A stretch of 64,000 nucleotides of DNA from Octopus sinensis (Eukaryota): contig NC_043015.1 of the NCBI RefSeq assembly GCF_006345805.1, forward strand, positions 43,524,001 through 43,588,000, written 5' to 3'. Positions 12,635 through 24,218 of this stretch are shown here, piece after piece. The notes below the pieces were generated by a model, which was not told the origin of the DNA, made no database searches, and was given only the letters and a program-made list of their open reading frames with translations. The position numbers were made by a program, and so were the translations under genes. Positions within the stretch are counted from its first letter, which is position 1, and the number at the start of each line of letters is the position of its first letter.

Positions 12635-12879
12635 TTTTGTGTGTGTGAATGTTTGTCTTTGTGTCTATGCTTGCTCTCTACCACCGCTTGGCAATGGGTA
12701 TTGGTTTGTTTACAACCCTGTGATTTACGAAATATACATCTCTCTATGTATATATATGAATCTTTTACTTGTCTCAGCTACGAGATGAATATAAACCAAC
12801 CGTCTCGATTCTAGTAATCTTTGAAAGCCTGGAACTCATTCTTTTGTCTAACAGCTATGTAAGAATGGCAAACAAAGAC

Positions 12880-13065
12880 ACACTCTCACACAAATATACG
12901 CAAATATATATAGAATGGGCTTCTTAACACTAATTGCCTATCAAATACACTCACAAAGCTTTGTTTGAGTCGGGATTATAGTAAAAGTCACTTTCCCAAG
13001 TTGCTACACAGTGGGACTGAAACCGAGACCATGTGGTTGGGAAGCAAACGTCTTACCACGCATCT
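12880..13065 (-). mobile_element. Degenerate OR2-like SINE
   Basis: GTGGGACTGAAACCGAGACCATGTGGTTGGGAAGCAAACG matches the reverse-complement head. Confidence 0.7.
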
Positions 13066-13964
13066 ACACCAGATACGTATCTACGTATATGGTCCATAAA
13101 TAAACCTAGAACTTACGTCACAGAAACAATCTCGCCCACACCAGAGTAAAAAAAAAAAACGAACAATTGTCGAAAAGAGGGTGGGGTGAATAAAATATGG
13201 AAGCAGTAGAAGAGATCTTATTTGGAAGCGAAATATTCAGGGGAGAATAAATAATGACGGAATACAGAAAGAAAAATTCTTACGCGAATAAGATTGAAAA
13301 CGAGGACTGATCTATGGCAGCAGAACAGGAATGAAGAACAACTTTTTACGTAATTTCAATTTTAAAGATGTTTGTGTTCTTAAAATCACACAAAAAAATC
13401 TATATTTTTTTTAGTAGACGTTAGTTAAAGCCTTAAGAATACAGATTATTAAACGAAGAATAATCCTAATAAATTGTTGTGTGAAAGGAATTATATAACA
13501 ATTAAATAACAAACATTTTAGGAATTAAAATGACGAGAAAATAAAATCTGAAAACGTCCAAATAAAGGCCTCAAAGAAATATTTTGGTGGTAAATAAGAT
13601 AAGTAGAAAATCGCCATAAAGTAAAGAGGAAATCCATAAAAGACACGAAAATACAATAAATCATGTGGTACCTCAAGGACGCAAAGATTTCTCTGCGATG
13701 AAATAATAGAAGCCATGATTGAGGTTGTTATTGGAAATCTTCCGAAGTATTAGACAATAGCCAAAATTTTTTGTATGTGTTTAAAAAGAAAATATGGCAA
13801 CATTCTTCAGTAAAATAAGAGAGATTCATAATGAAAAACTGAATGGATGCCAACGCAAAGATTTCTTGCAAAAACAGTCGTGACAAATGAGGGAAATTTA
13901 GGACCACCACGATGCGTTGTAGCATTCTATAAGACAATAACTTGGACGGGCTTCTTTGAGTTTC

Positions 13965-14108
13965 CGTCTTTCAAATTTCAAATCCACTCACAAGGCTTCG
14001 GTCGACCTGCTATAGCAGGAGACACTCGGCCAAGGTATCACGCAGTAGGACTAAAACTAGGACCATGTGGTTGGGAAGCAAATTTCTTACCAAACAACCA
14101 CGCCTGTG

Positions 14109-14110
<2 letters not shown>
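13965..14110 (-). mobile_element. OR2-like SINE 5' half
   Basis: GACGGGCTTCTTTGAGTTTCCGTC...ACCATGTGGTTGGGAAGC...GCCTGTGCCT. Confidence 0.75.
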
Positions 14111-14154
<44 letters not shown>

Positions 14155-14215
14155 CAAAAATAAGGGCTTTTTGCAATAAGTTAATTAACCACATACCGAA
14201 AAACCCTTATTATTA

Positions 14216-14599
14216 TCTCTCTCTATATAAACGGCAGTTTGTCTGTGCGTGTTTCTGTATGTCTGTTTGCTTGTACCCTCACCCTGACCACGGCTTTCAA
14301 CCGATTCTGATGAAACTTGACACACACATAGCCCAATGTCATAATTCAAAACTAACGCAGCGAAAATTTTGAAAAGTTCCCCCAGTTCTGAAAAAAATCG
14401 ATAAATTCGACATGGGGTCGAGAATCAGGAATACGAACCACAAACTGTCTGGGGACGCAACTCCACCTTTTTTAAATCTCAGAAAAAAATTTACCATCAT
14501 TTTTTTCCATTTTTTTGCTATTTTTTGGCTATAACTCTCTAAAAATGCTTTATAGTTATTTCCCTTACAAACCTGAGCAACGCCGGGCGATACTGCTAG
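14216..14599 (+). mobile_element. Non-autonomous Helitron (384 bp)
   Basis: A|TC 5' end (14215/14216), degenerate (CTGT)n near the 5' end, subterminal GC-rich CCTGAGCAACGCCGGG, CTAG|T 3' end (14596-14600), no TSD; second copy at 43054-43430. Confidence 0.85.
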
Positions 14600-14699
14600 T
14601 AATTATATAAATTCGGTATATATATATATATATATATATATATTTGGATATTTCTACTTATGCATCTTATACATGTATATATTTGTAACATATATACAT

Positions 14700-14710
14700 A
14701 TGGTAGTATT

Positions 14711-14755
<45 letters not shown>

Positions 14756-14777
14756 GTAGTAGTAGTAGTAGTAGTAG

Positions 14778-14830
<53 letters not shown>
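14700..14830. repeat. (ATT)n-(AGT)n-(AT)n compound microsatellite
   Basis: Direct reading. Confidence 0.95.
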
Positions 14831-14833
<3 letters not shown>

Positions 14834-15515
14834 CTGGGCCGTGACTGAAATTTCAACAAAAGAAGTACTCCATCTGGTGAGAAATAAATATTGTTTATTT
14901 AAAGGTCAGAGTAGATGTATTAAAAAGAAAACTAATAGTTTCATTTGTTGCGAACACTCAAACATGTCCTTCAGGTGCAAACCAAATAGCATAATGAACT
15001 GAAGAAATTAAATAATAGAAGAAAGGTGAAAAAAAAACTGAGAAGGCAGTATATAGAAAACACAGACAGGAAACAACGGAAAACGGAAAACGAAAAATGA
15101 AAAATGAAACTGCATGCTGCCTTTTCATTTTTTTCGCGTTTCTTCTATTATTCAATTTCTTTAGTTCCTTATATAATGTTTGCGCCTGAAGAATATGTTT
15201 CAGTTTTTTTCAACATATGAAACAATTAGCAGCGTTCTAATACATGTATTGTGGCCTTCAAATAAATACTATATATACGTATGTGTGTGCTTGTTTATGT
15301 CTGTATTTGTGTATGTATATGTATATTTATATATACACAGTATATATATATATATGTGGTATATGTATATATATATATATGTATGTATGTAGGTGTGTAT
15401 GCATGTGTGCATATATATATATATATATTTATATTTATGTGTGTATGTATATATATATATATATGTGTGTGTATGTATCTCTATGTATATATAATATATA
15501 TACATAGAGATACAT

Positions 15516-15574
<59 letters not shown>

Positions 15575-15604
15575 TTGAGTTGTGGGGTATCGCACGAGTG
15601 GGAT

Positions 15605-16226
15605 TATATATGAAAAAAGGTTTGAAAATGCAATTTAAACGATGTTTATTTACTTAACCGGTTTCACTCTTTGGTAAAAGATTGTCAAAAGTAACATTGA
15701 ATATTATGGGTTCAAAAAAAGTTTTTTACATAATTGTCACATTGAATATTATGAATTCAAAAATGTTTTTTTATACATAATTGTCACATTACATGTATAA
15801 ATATAGTATAAAAAAGTTCAATAGTATGATGAGAATATTTGGAAAAATTGGCAGAAAAGAATAAAACAAATATATTATTGGAAATTTGGTTGCGTTAATT
15901 ATTGGTTGTCGCAAATTTGCGACAACCAATAATTAACGCAACCAAATTTCCAATAATATATTTGTTTTATTCTTTTCTGCCAATTTTTCCAAATATTCTC
16001 ATCATACTATTGAACTTTTTTATACTATATTTATACATGTAATGTGACAATTATGTATAAAAAAACATTTTTGAATTCATAATATTCAATGTGACAATTA
16101 TGTAAAAAACTTTTTTTGAACCCATAATATTCAATGTTACTTTTGACAATCTTTTACCAAAGAGTGAAACCGGTTAAGTAAATAAACATCGTTTAAATTG
16201 CATTTTCAAACCTTTTTTCATATATA
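15605..16226. repeat. Perfect spacerless inverted repeat, 2 x 311 bp
   Basis: Centre ...GTCGCAAA|TTTGCGAC... between 15915 and 15916; arms complementary out to 15605/16226 with no mismatch seen; each arm has a 45-47-bp internal tandem repeat. Confidence 0.95.
16137..16181 (+). ncRNA. Hammerhead-like motif, variant core UUGACAA (mirror copy at 15650-15694 on minus strand)
   Basis: TTACTT-TTGACAA-TCTTT TACC AAAGA GT-GAAAC-CG-GTT-AAGTAA: 6-bp stem I, stem II, palindromic ACCGGT stem III. Confidence 0.45.
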
Positions 16227-16360
16227 TATATATATGTGTATATGTATATATATATATGTATGTATGTAGGTGTGTATGCATGTGTGCATATATATATATA
16301 TATTTATATTTATGTGTGTATGTATATATATATATATATATATGTGTGTGTATGTATCTC

Positions 16361-16412
<52 letters not shown>

Positions 16413-16526
16413 CATATGAATAAATTGCCGTCTAAATTACGAAAATTGAAATTAACACTGACATCTCAATTTCACAGATATATTTACCAAAAGTACATAA
16501 AAATATATTGAAATATAAGAGTATAT

Positions 16527-17557
16527 TTATTTAGTAAAAACGCCATTCTCTTTAAACATGGCCTTCAGACGAATCCAGGAATCTCTTGCAACCCTTCTCA
16601 TGGGTTTCCTTGCTTAAGTTAGTGCATGCTACCGTAATCCTTGCCTTCAGTATATTTTTGGTGTTACAAAGAGCTTTGTTGATCTCTCACTCAACACGGC
16701 CCGCACGTACTATTCTAGGGAGTTGCAATCAGGGGAGTTAGGAGGCTCTATGTTGTGGTCTGACACCCACGACTGGATTCTGCTGCTCGTGTGACATGGT
16801 GCAGAGTCGTGTTGCCAGACATGGGGTCTTCGGACACCCACCCTCCGGATCCAGGGCAACGCTATCTCCACCAGAAACTTGATATAAGCCTCCGTGTTGA
16901 GTCCGACGCCGTGTGGGAAGTTGAATGGAGGCATAACGTCGATATCACTAGTGATTACTCCAAACAACCAATGTTGCTGACCGGGTGTTTGATTTTTATT
17001 ACTCTCGGAACATGTTTTGGGGACATGGCTGGTCACGTTGGTTCTGTGTGTTCACCATCTGATCCTGACAGAAATTTTTCTAGCCTGAGAAAAACCAAAT
17101 CATGTTCAGTTGGAGGGGAAGCTTAAGTTTGTTCAAAAGCTTTGTCGAGCAGTCTTTCCTCCTGCCATTGATGGCTTGGGATAGAAAATTGTCCCTTTTT
17201 CATCTTGTATGAGAAACACCGAATATCTTCATACATTACCTGACTCATAAGAAACCCAGACACTCCCATATCCCTGGGAATGAATCTGATTTATTTGGAG
17301 AGATGGTTGTCTATCAAGGCCTGGATCTCACCAACATTTCAGGAGTTCTCCTATCATAACGGTCAGAGTGAGTTTTCCGAGTTGCAGTACTTTTATAAAA
17401 TCCCCATTGGATTCATGCAACTCTTTCCAAATCCCCTTCACTGTCACTTCGCATTGACACTCAAACGCTCTGAAGTGTTCATATTCGAGCTTCCAGCTCG
17501 AATTCTAAGCAGTACAGCATCTCGTTGCCAAATATCTGGAAGAGTGAATTGTGCCAT
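16527..17557 (-). pseudogene. Tc1/mariner-superfamily transposase relic, DD37D (maT)-like
   Basis: ATG at 17557 (MAQFTLPDIWQR...), catalytic region FGVITSDIDVMPPF...VWQHDSAPCHTS...PPNSPDCNSLE, C-terminus ...ENGVFTK* at 16527; stops and frameshifts; motif resemblance to 36300-36974. Confidence 0.85.
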
Positions 17558-17662
17558 GGTGCTGTTTTTCTCACACACGGTGCCCAACGGACCCAACTAC
17601 GCTGTGTAGGTAGTCGCCAAAATCAGAAACAGTTTCTGCCAGCTGACCACCGTGTTATCAGT

Positions 17663-17684
17663 AACAATAATAATAATAATAATA

Positions 17685-17734
<50 letters not shown>

Positions 17735-17753
17735 AATAATAATGATAATAATA

Positions 17754-17812
<59 letters not shown>
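17663..17812. repeat. (AAT)n microsatellite
   Basis: Direct reading; 5' flank of the R4/Dong-like insertion. Confidence 0.95.
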
Positions 17813-17816
<4 letters not shown>

Positions 17817-18210
17817 AAGAGTTTGACAAGCTCAGAAAATATAAAGACCTACTCATTGAAATTGAGGAAATGTGGCATCTCAAGGCGGTTACAATACCAG
17901 TGATCGTAGGAGCACTAGGAATGATCAAGAAGGGAACCGAAAATTATATGAGAAAGATCCCTGGCTTACCATCCCTGCAAGAAGTGCAAAAGATTGTCTT
18001 AACTGGTACATCACACGTATTGAGAAGAGCATTGTCGATGTGAGAACTATTACTACCCATGTATTTTAATTTAACTTAAAAATAAAAAATGAACGAACTA
18101 TTGAGTTTAGTTTAATGGCCTACCAATGTATACTATGAGTTTCTTTGGCCTAGGAGTCGGGAAGACACTCGGCAAGAAATGGAAGCAAATTTGAAAGAAG
18201 AAAAAAAAAA
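17813..18210 (+). mobile_element. 5'-truncated R4/Dong-clade (RLE) LINE: ORF C-terminus, 3' UTR and A-tail
   Basis: KEFDKLRKYKDLLIEIEEMWHLKAVTIPVIVGALGMIKK...VQKIVLTGTSHVLRRALSM* (stop 18043) has the K..KY..L and P.IVGALG motifs of restriction-like endonuclease LINEs; A-run ~18200-18210 then (TAA)n. Confidence 0.85.
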
Positions 18211-19389
18211 ATAATAATAATAATAGTAATAGTAATAATAATAAAAGAATGAAAAATCTTGATGTCAGAAATATTTTGTAATTTGAAACGACGCGAACTT
18301 TTTGTTTTCTTTTTCATTATATCCTCTTCGCGTAACTGCTTTAAATTTACTAGTCTTGCTTGTATAAACTTGTGAGAATATGCTGATGCATAAACGAACG
18401 CCGTCAGTCAGATACCAAATTGACAGAGATTAGAATAGCTGGAGAAAAAAATCGAGGTTGAAATAGATACGCCATGGTGTTAACTGGTAAATTGGCTTGC
18501 TATCAGATCTTCAATTGGAGTAAAAACCGTTTATTTGTACCAAGGGAATAAGAGTAACTACTAAAGAGCAACTAGATTCGAGTCTGCTACAAGATTCGTT
18601 TTAAAGAGAAAATGATAAAAGAGTGAACGATCAGTATACGTCGTAAATAATGTTATTACCTCGTTAAAAATGCCGAATGGAGAATTTTCAAAGTTATGCT
18701 TTACACCTCGTACGAAAATGTCAATTCAAGTTACGTCTATTTTTATTTATTTCTGTCTGTCTTTATATATTTTTTGTTACATTTGCATGAATGTATTGCA
18801 GTGGTTTGATAGAAGATTTGATGGATTAGAAAATCATACATTGTTAGGCGATAAAAAATATTATGGTCTAAAAACTGATAAAAAAGAAACCCTGGTGCTT
18901 GTTTTTTCGTAGTAGTTGCTTTTGTGTAATGTATAATATATTAGTTTTGGAAAACTAGTTGAAATGTTAGAAGTTAGATCTTTTTTCTTTCTTCCCTTTT
19001 TTTATTATTTTTGAAAAAGTTTGTGACTAATAAAGTATTTTATATATTTCCGAGTATTCATTACATGCAAAATAAAACAAATGCCCTTTATCTCACAAAT
19101 GCTTAAGATAAATATTATTTCTCCCGGAAATGGGCACATAATTACGAACGAAACAAAGAGACACACATAAAAGGCTATACGCCCACAGGTATCGATGAAT
19201 GCGTGTGCATATGTGTGTATGGAAATGTTTATATGTATATAATCAATGAGTTTTGTTGTCTAGTAGATTTTCTTATGGGAAGAGAAATAGTTAGTTTTAA
19301 CTGTTATTTCTAAATTTCGGTATGTGGTGAAGGAAATTTTTTGCTGAACCCTAATTATAATTATACTCATACTTATAAAAAATTTTGTT

Positions 19390-19975
19390 CATATATATAT
19401 AAATTAGAAAAACCACCTTTTATCAATTCAAAATGGAAAATTAAATTACACCATCTAGAAAATTACATATAATAGAAATATTAAATATAAGATTAAAAAA
19501 ATAATATACCGATGATTAAGTAATGTGCAAAATAATAAATAAAACGTGTATATTTGGTAGAATAACGACACGTGTTTCGTGGCAATATTCAACAAATGAT
19601 TATAGTAAAAATATTAATAGTAGTAGTAAAATCACTTCAATGTAAGTGTAGCCACTCATCAGGTTAGAAATAACTACAATAATAAAATAATTACTTAATA
19701 AATATACGTAAATAATCTTTTAAAATATAAATATATTCTTTAATATATATATATATATATAAGATACAAAATATACATTAAGTGAAAACTAAATACAACA
19801 CTTTAAACTATATACATTAAATCAGATTATTAAACAATATATTTATTTAAATAAATAATTATATATCATAATTAATAACTATCATAACTTATATCTATCA
19901 ATATATATATAAATGATAATATTTTAACAATAATAATAACAATAACAATCAAACCTAATATAATTCAAAAGCTAA
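19390..19975 (-). mobile_element. AT-rich Penelope-like-derived element between (TA)n tracts
   Basis: Carries a canonical hammerhead fold; bounded by (TA)n; start AAATTAGAAAAACCA resembles starts of the 41195 and 36085 elements. Confidence 0.5.
19563..19666 (-). ncRNA. Type I hammerhead ribozyme, canonical core, minimal palindromic stem III
   Basis: Minus strand: TAAC-CTGATGA-GTGGC-[67 nt]-GCCAC-GAAAC-ACGT-GTC-GTTA; stem I TAAC/GTTA, stem II GTGGC/GCCAC, GUC cleavage triplet. Confidence 0.8.
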
Positions 19976-19988
19976 ATAATATATATAT

Positions 19989-20058
<70 letters not shown>

Positions 20059-20333
20059 TGCTTGACCATTTTGAAAATAAATCCCCCTTTTGTTAACATA
20101 AAATACTTCAGCATTTGGGTAGTTGTATTTTTGGAGTCCTCTGTTTGGTGTGAGTTTCAGGTCTTCGTATACGGAGAGGACTGTAACATCCATGTATTTT
20201 TATACTATCTATGTCATTTTCTTTTATCTCACAACTCTTTCTATTTACAACAAATCTTATGTAAAATCCTACAGCACAGGAAACACCACAAGGTATTGAG
20301 TATTTCTGTTTGATGTTCGTTTGATTACCCATA

Positions 20334-20882
20334 TCTATAATAATAAATGGCAAGTTTGTGTTTTTGTGAATTTGTTACTTTAACTCCTTCGAGACTATCC
20401 AACAGGCCTTGATGAAACTTGACACGTGTGGGGGGCTTATGCCTATACGGTTACTTAGGCGCTTGGAATTATAAAGAAGATCGATTCTTAATCCCCAGCG
20501 ATTTTTCTGAAATCGTAAAATTTCAGCATTTTATCGCACTAGCTGTTGTGACATCAATTTGACGAAAAATGCCGAAGTTTGACGAAAAATGTCCCATGGG
20601 TATAAAGAGACAGTTTATTAACGGTTGTCTAGTTAGTATTTGCTAATTCTTCATTTCAATGCGAATTGTTTTGATTTGCTAAAACTTATTTCGAATCCTT
20701 GTCTTAATTCCACAGCGTTTCAGATTTTGATTAGGTAAAATCGTTATATTTCTCGAGCAAAATTTAGATATTTTGCATCCTAAGCGTTGTGAACTCAATT
20801 TGATGTAATATGTCCCAAAGCGTAAAATTTCGCCATTTTACGCACATACACAAAAATGTTAACAACACGGGTTCGCTACCAG
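20334..20882 (+). mobile_element. Older Helitron-related element
   Basis: A|TCTATAATAATAAATGGCAAGTTTGTG start and GATGAAACTTGACAC shared with the 14216 element; degenerate ACAACACGGG...CTACCAG end. Confidence 0.45.
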
Positions 20883-21258
20883 ACTATGCTCATTTTATCA
20901 TTAAATTGGTCCTACCCATTAATATATGTTTTAAAGTTTTGCAAAAATGTTGAAATTTGACGAAAAATGTTGAAATTTGACGAAAAATGTTTCATGGATA
21001 TAAACAAACATTTTATTAACGGTATTTTATTACCTGTCCCCTCAGCTAGTAACAATATAAAAACAAACATTAATACATCTATACATATGCACATGGCTGC
21101 TTTTGTTTTCAGTCCCAGCAGACAAATTATCAAAGACATGCCTACTATGACCTTCTCGTCTTTTCTCTTCGATGCATACTTTCATAACGTAATTTAGATT
21201 TTACTACTCAATATGTTCTTCACTCTTTTCGAGAAGAAATGGTTTGATGTAAAGGATA

Positions 21259-21558
21259 TGTTGTTGTTCCTTCTCCAGCTATGCCTTGCTCATAAGAGCC
21301 GGTTTCCCGGTTTCATTGGCGTATTAGTTCCCCAGGTGGATGGGATCCCGGTTTGTCACAGGTGAGCTGCAGGAGGAAAGAGTGAAAGAAAGTTGTGGCG
21401 AAAGAGTCATCAGGAGTTCACCATAACCTTCTGCCGGAGCCGTGTGGAACTTAGGTGTTTCGTTCCTAAAAGAACACATATTGCCCGGTCTGAGATTCGA
21501 ACCCGCGATTCCTCGACCGCGTGTCCGCTGCTCTAGCCACTAAGCCATGTACCTCCAC
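21259..21558 (-). mobile_element. Mosaic SINE (B-type head/body with C-type subterminal segment)
   Basis: 13-bp TSD GATGT(A/G)AAGGATA (21246-21258, 21559-21571); body matches SINE-B; CCGGTTTCCCGGTTTC..TGGCGTAT..TTCCCAG matches SINE-C. Confidence 0.7.
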
Positions 21559-22239
21559 GATGTGAAGGATACTTGCCTGCTAATATTTGCAGAGGGAAAG
21601 AGTACAGCGGTACTACCTCATTAAACACACACACACACATTCTTGAAGACAGCGTTTAAATCATTTTGGAGACTGAACGATGTCAAACTTTGAATATTCA
21701 ATGAGACAAACTAGACCCCAAATAAATGATTAATGGTGATGCTATTGAAGGCTTCAGTATTTTATCTCCGCTTCTATGCGTAAAGCGAGTCAGGAGATTA
21801 GACTACTTCACGTTCCGGCCTCGATATAAAATCCATTTATCTTAGTTGACGTTCTCGGCATTATATGGAATAACGATTCTCAATGCCACATTGGTTAACT
21901 TAAGTAACGTGATAAATCATTAGGAATGATAGATGCATGGATTCTATATAAAAACCTATCGTATATGTGTGTATTCATGTGTGTATGTGTACATGTAAGA
22001 CATTAGTGTATTAATGAGCTGCTGCAAAGGAAAGAACGCCAAAATATTTAGTTTTAAAACGAAAATCTAATTAGTTTTATTCAAACATGTGTCATACTTC
22101 AAAAACATGAACTTTAGTTGTTTTCATCTGGAATGTAACGGAAATGAAAATAATAAAACTGATCAGAAAACAGCTGTTAAAACAGCCTCAGGTGTTATTA
22201 CGTAATCAGTCAGGCATCTTTTATTACCTTTTAAATACC

Positions 22240-22386
22240 TTAGTCACTGGTCTGCGGCCATACTGGGGCATCACTTTGAAGGGGCTTAGTCGAAAATCTA
22301 CTTAGGATTTTTTCTGAATTCTGGTATTTAATCTATCGGCCGCTTTTGTCCACACACAACGACACATGTACAACACGCATCCACAC

Positions 22387-22460
<74 letters not shown>

Positions 22461-22620
22461 TTATCTACATATGCGACAGTTTCTGTCTAGCAAATTCACT
22501 CACGAGGAATTAGTCGGCCGAGGCAACAGAAAAAGACCCTTACACAATGTGCCGCATATTGAGATTGACCCCGAAACCAGTTCGTTCACAAAGCGATCGT
22601 CGTAACCACACAGACATCCC
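22240..22620 (-). mobile_element. Degenerate OR2-like SINE with expanded internal (CA)n
   Basis: Diverged tail (CTGCGGCCATACTGGGGCA), (CA)n 22375-22460, diverged head. Confidence 0.6.
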
Positions 22621-22869
22621 TGCGCCTAGACATCTAGCAACGACACTTATGTTGCATCTTAAGCGATAAATGCACCAGGAAGATAATGAGGCTTCGTAAA
22701 TCGCATCATCACATGAAACACGTTAATCATTATTGAAGACAAGCTGCACAACGAAACAATTTATAGGACAAATGTTAGACAAACTAGCTACGTTACTTCT
22801 TAAAGGCACGGCTCACAAAATTCACCAACAAACTGCCAAGAGAAATTTATGGTTACTCCCTTTACCCTC

Positions 22870-23092
22870 TACTCTTTTAGTTGTTTCAGTCATTTGATTG
22901 CGGCTATGCTGGAGCACTACCTTTAGTCGAGCAAATCGACCCCAGCACTTACTCTTTGGAAGCCTAGTACTTATTCTATCGGTCTCTTTTGCCGAATCGT
23001 TAAGTTACGGGGATGTAAACACATCACCATTGGTTGTCAAGCGATGTTGGGGGACAAACAAAGGCACTCAAACATAAACTCACACACATCAC

Positions 23093-23138
<46 letters not shown>

Positions 23139-23300
23139 ACGGGCTTCTTTCAGTTTCCGTCTACCAAATCCATTCACAAGGATTTAGTCGGCCCGAGGCT
23201 ATAGTAGAAGACACTTGCCCAAGATGTCACACAAAGGGACTGAACCTGGAACCATGTGGTTGGTGAGCAAGCTACTTACCACACAACCACTCCTGTGCCT
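22870..23300 (-). mobile_element. Full-length OR2-like SINE with internal (AT)n
   Basis: TACTCTTTTAGTTGTTTCAGTCATTTG tail through ...CCACTCCTGTGCCT head. Confidence 0.9.
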
Positions 23301-24218
23301 ATACATCAGTCTTTACAAGACATTTCAATCTTCATAGGATTTAAGTTTTTTGTTTCCAGTTTTGTGAACGTGATGAAGTCCAAAGAATATGGTATTCACA
23401 GAAATTCGTTAATCACAAACTCGTGAAATAGGCGTAGTTCTTTGGTTAAGTATTTCGCATCGTAACCATAGTTTGGAGTTCAATTTCGCCACGCAGTATT
23501 TTAGAATATTGTCTTCAACTACAGTCTCAGAACGACCAGTGACTTGTGAGTGAATGTGATGCAAGGAAATTGTTTGAAACCCGTCTTTATACATATGTGT
23601 TATGTGTGTGTATGCGTTGTTTCCAACTTGTACTTCCATCGTTAGCAAATTGGTATTGGTTTCTTTACTCTACGTTCCCTTAACTTAGCGGTGTCAGAAA
23701 TGAGACTGATATTATGAGTACCGAAATTAAATAAGTACTGCTGTTTCGACTAACGCTACAAGGCGGAGCTCCAGCATGGCAGCAATCCAATGATTGAAAC
23801 AAGTAAAAGAGCAAAAATTTAGAGTTTTCTCTTTCCGTAGAATTCTTGCTGATAACCAAGTTATTGAGGATTTTCTGAACTCACAGAACGACAACCGAAA
23901 TTCTTCAACATTTGAAACATTGTCAACAGCAAATTTATTGAAAAATCTCTAAGCATCGGTGCACTGTTACCAACAGAAAATTGATTTGGGAACTAAACAA
24001 CTGAAGGAAGACATCAAAGATATAGCCATTCCAACTTAGAATTGTTGAAGTAGGATATGTTTGATGATACAGTATTTCTGTAGACGAACACAAATTCAGT
24101 TCCCGCTGTTCCACAGAACTGTAAAGAAGGAGCAAAAGGCTTCTGACCCTACTGATGATGTGGAAGGGTTTCCAGCATTACGATAGCTTTAGACTTTATA
24201 AGAAGATCTTGTTATATT

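Noticed and set aside
17525-17812. N-terminal part of the 172-aa ORF as a real protein
   Set aside because: It is antisense transposon sequence plus (AAT)n; only the part from 17813 is LINE-derived coding sequence.
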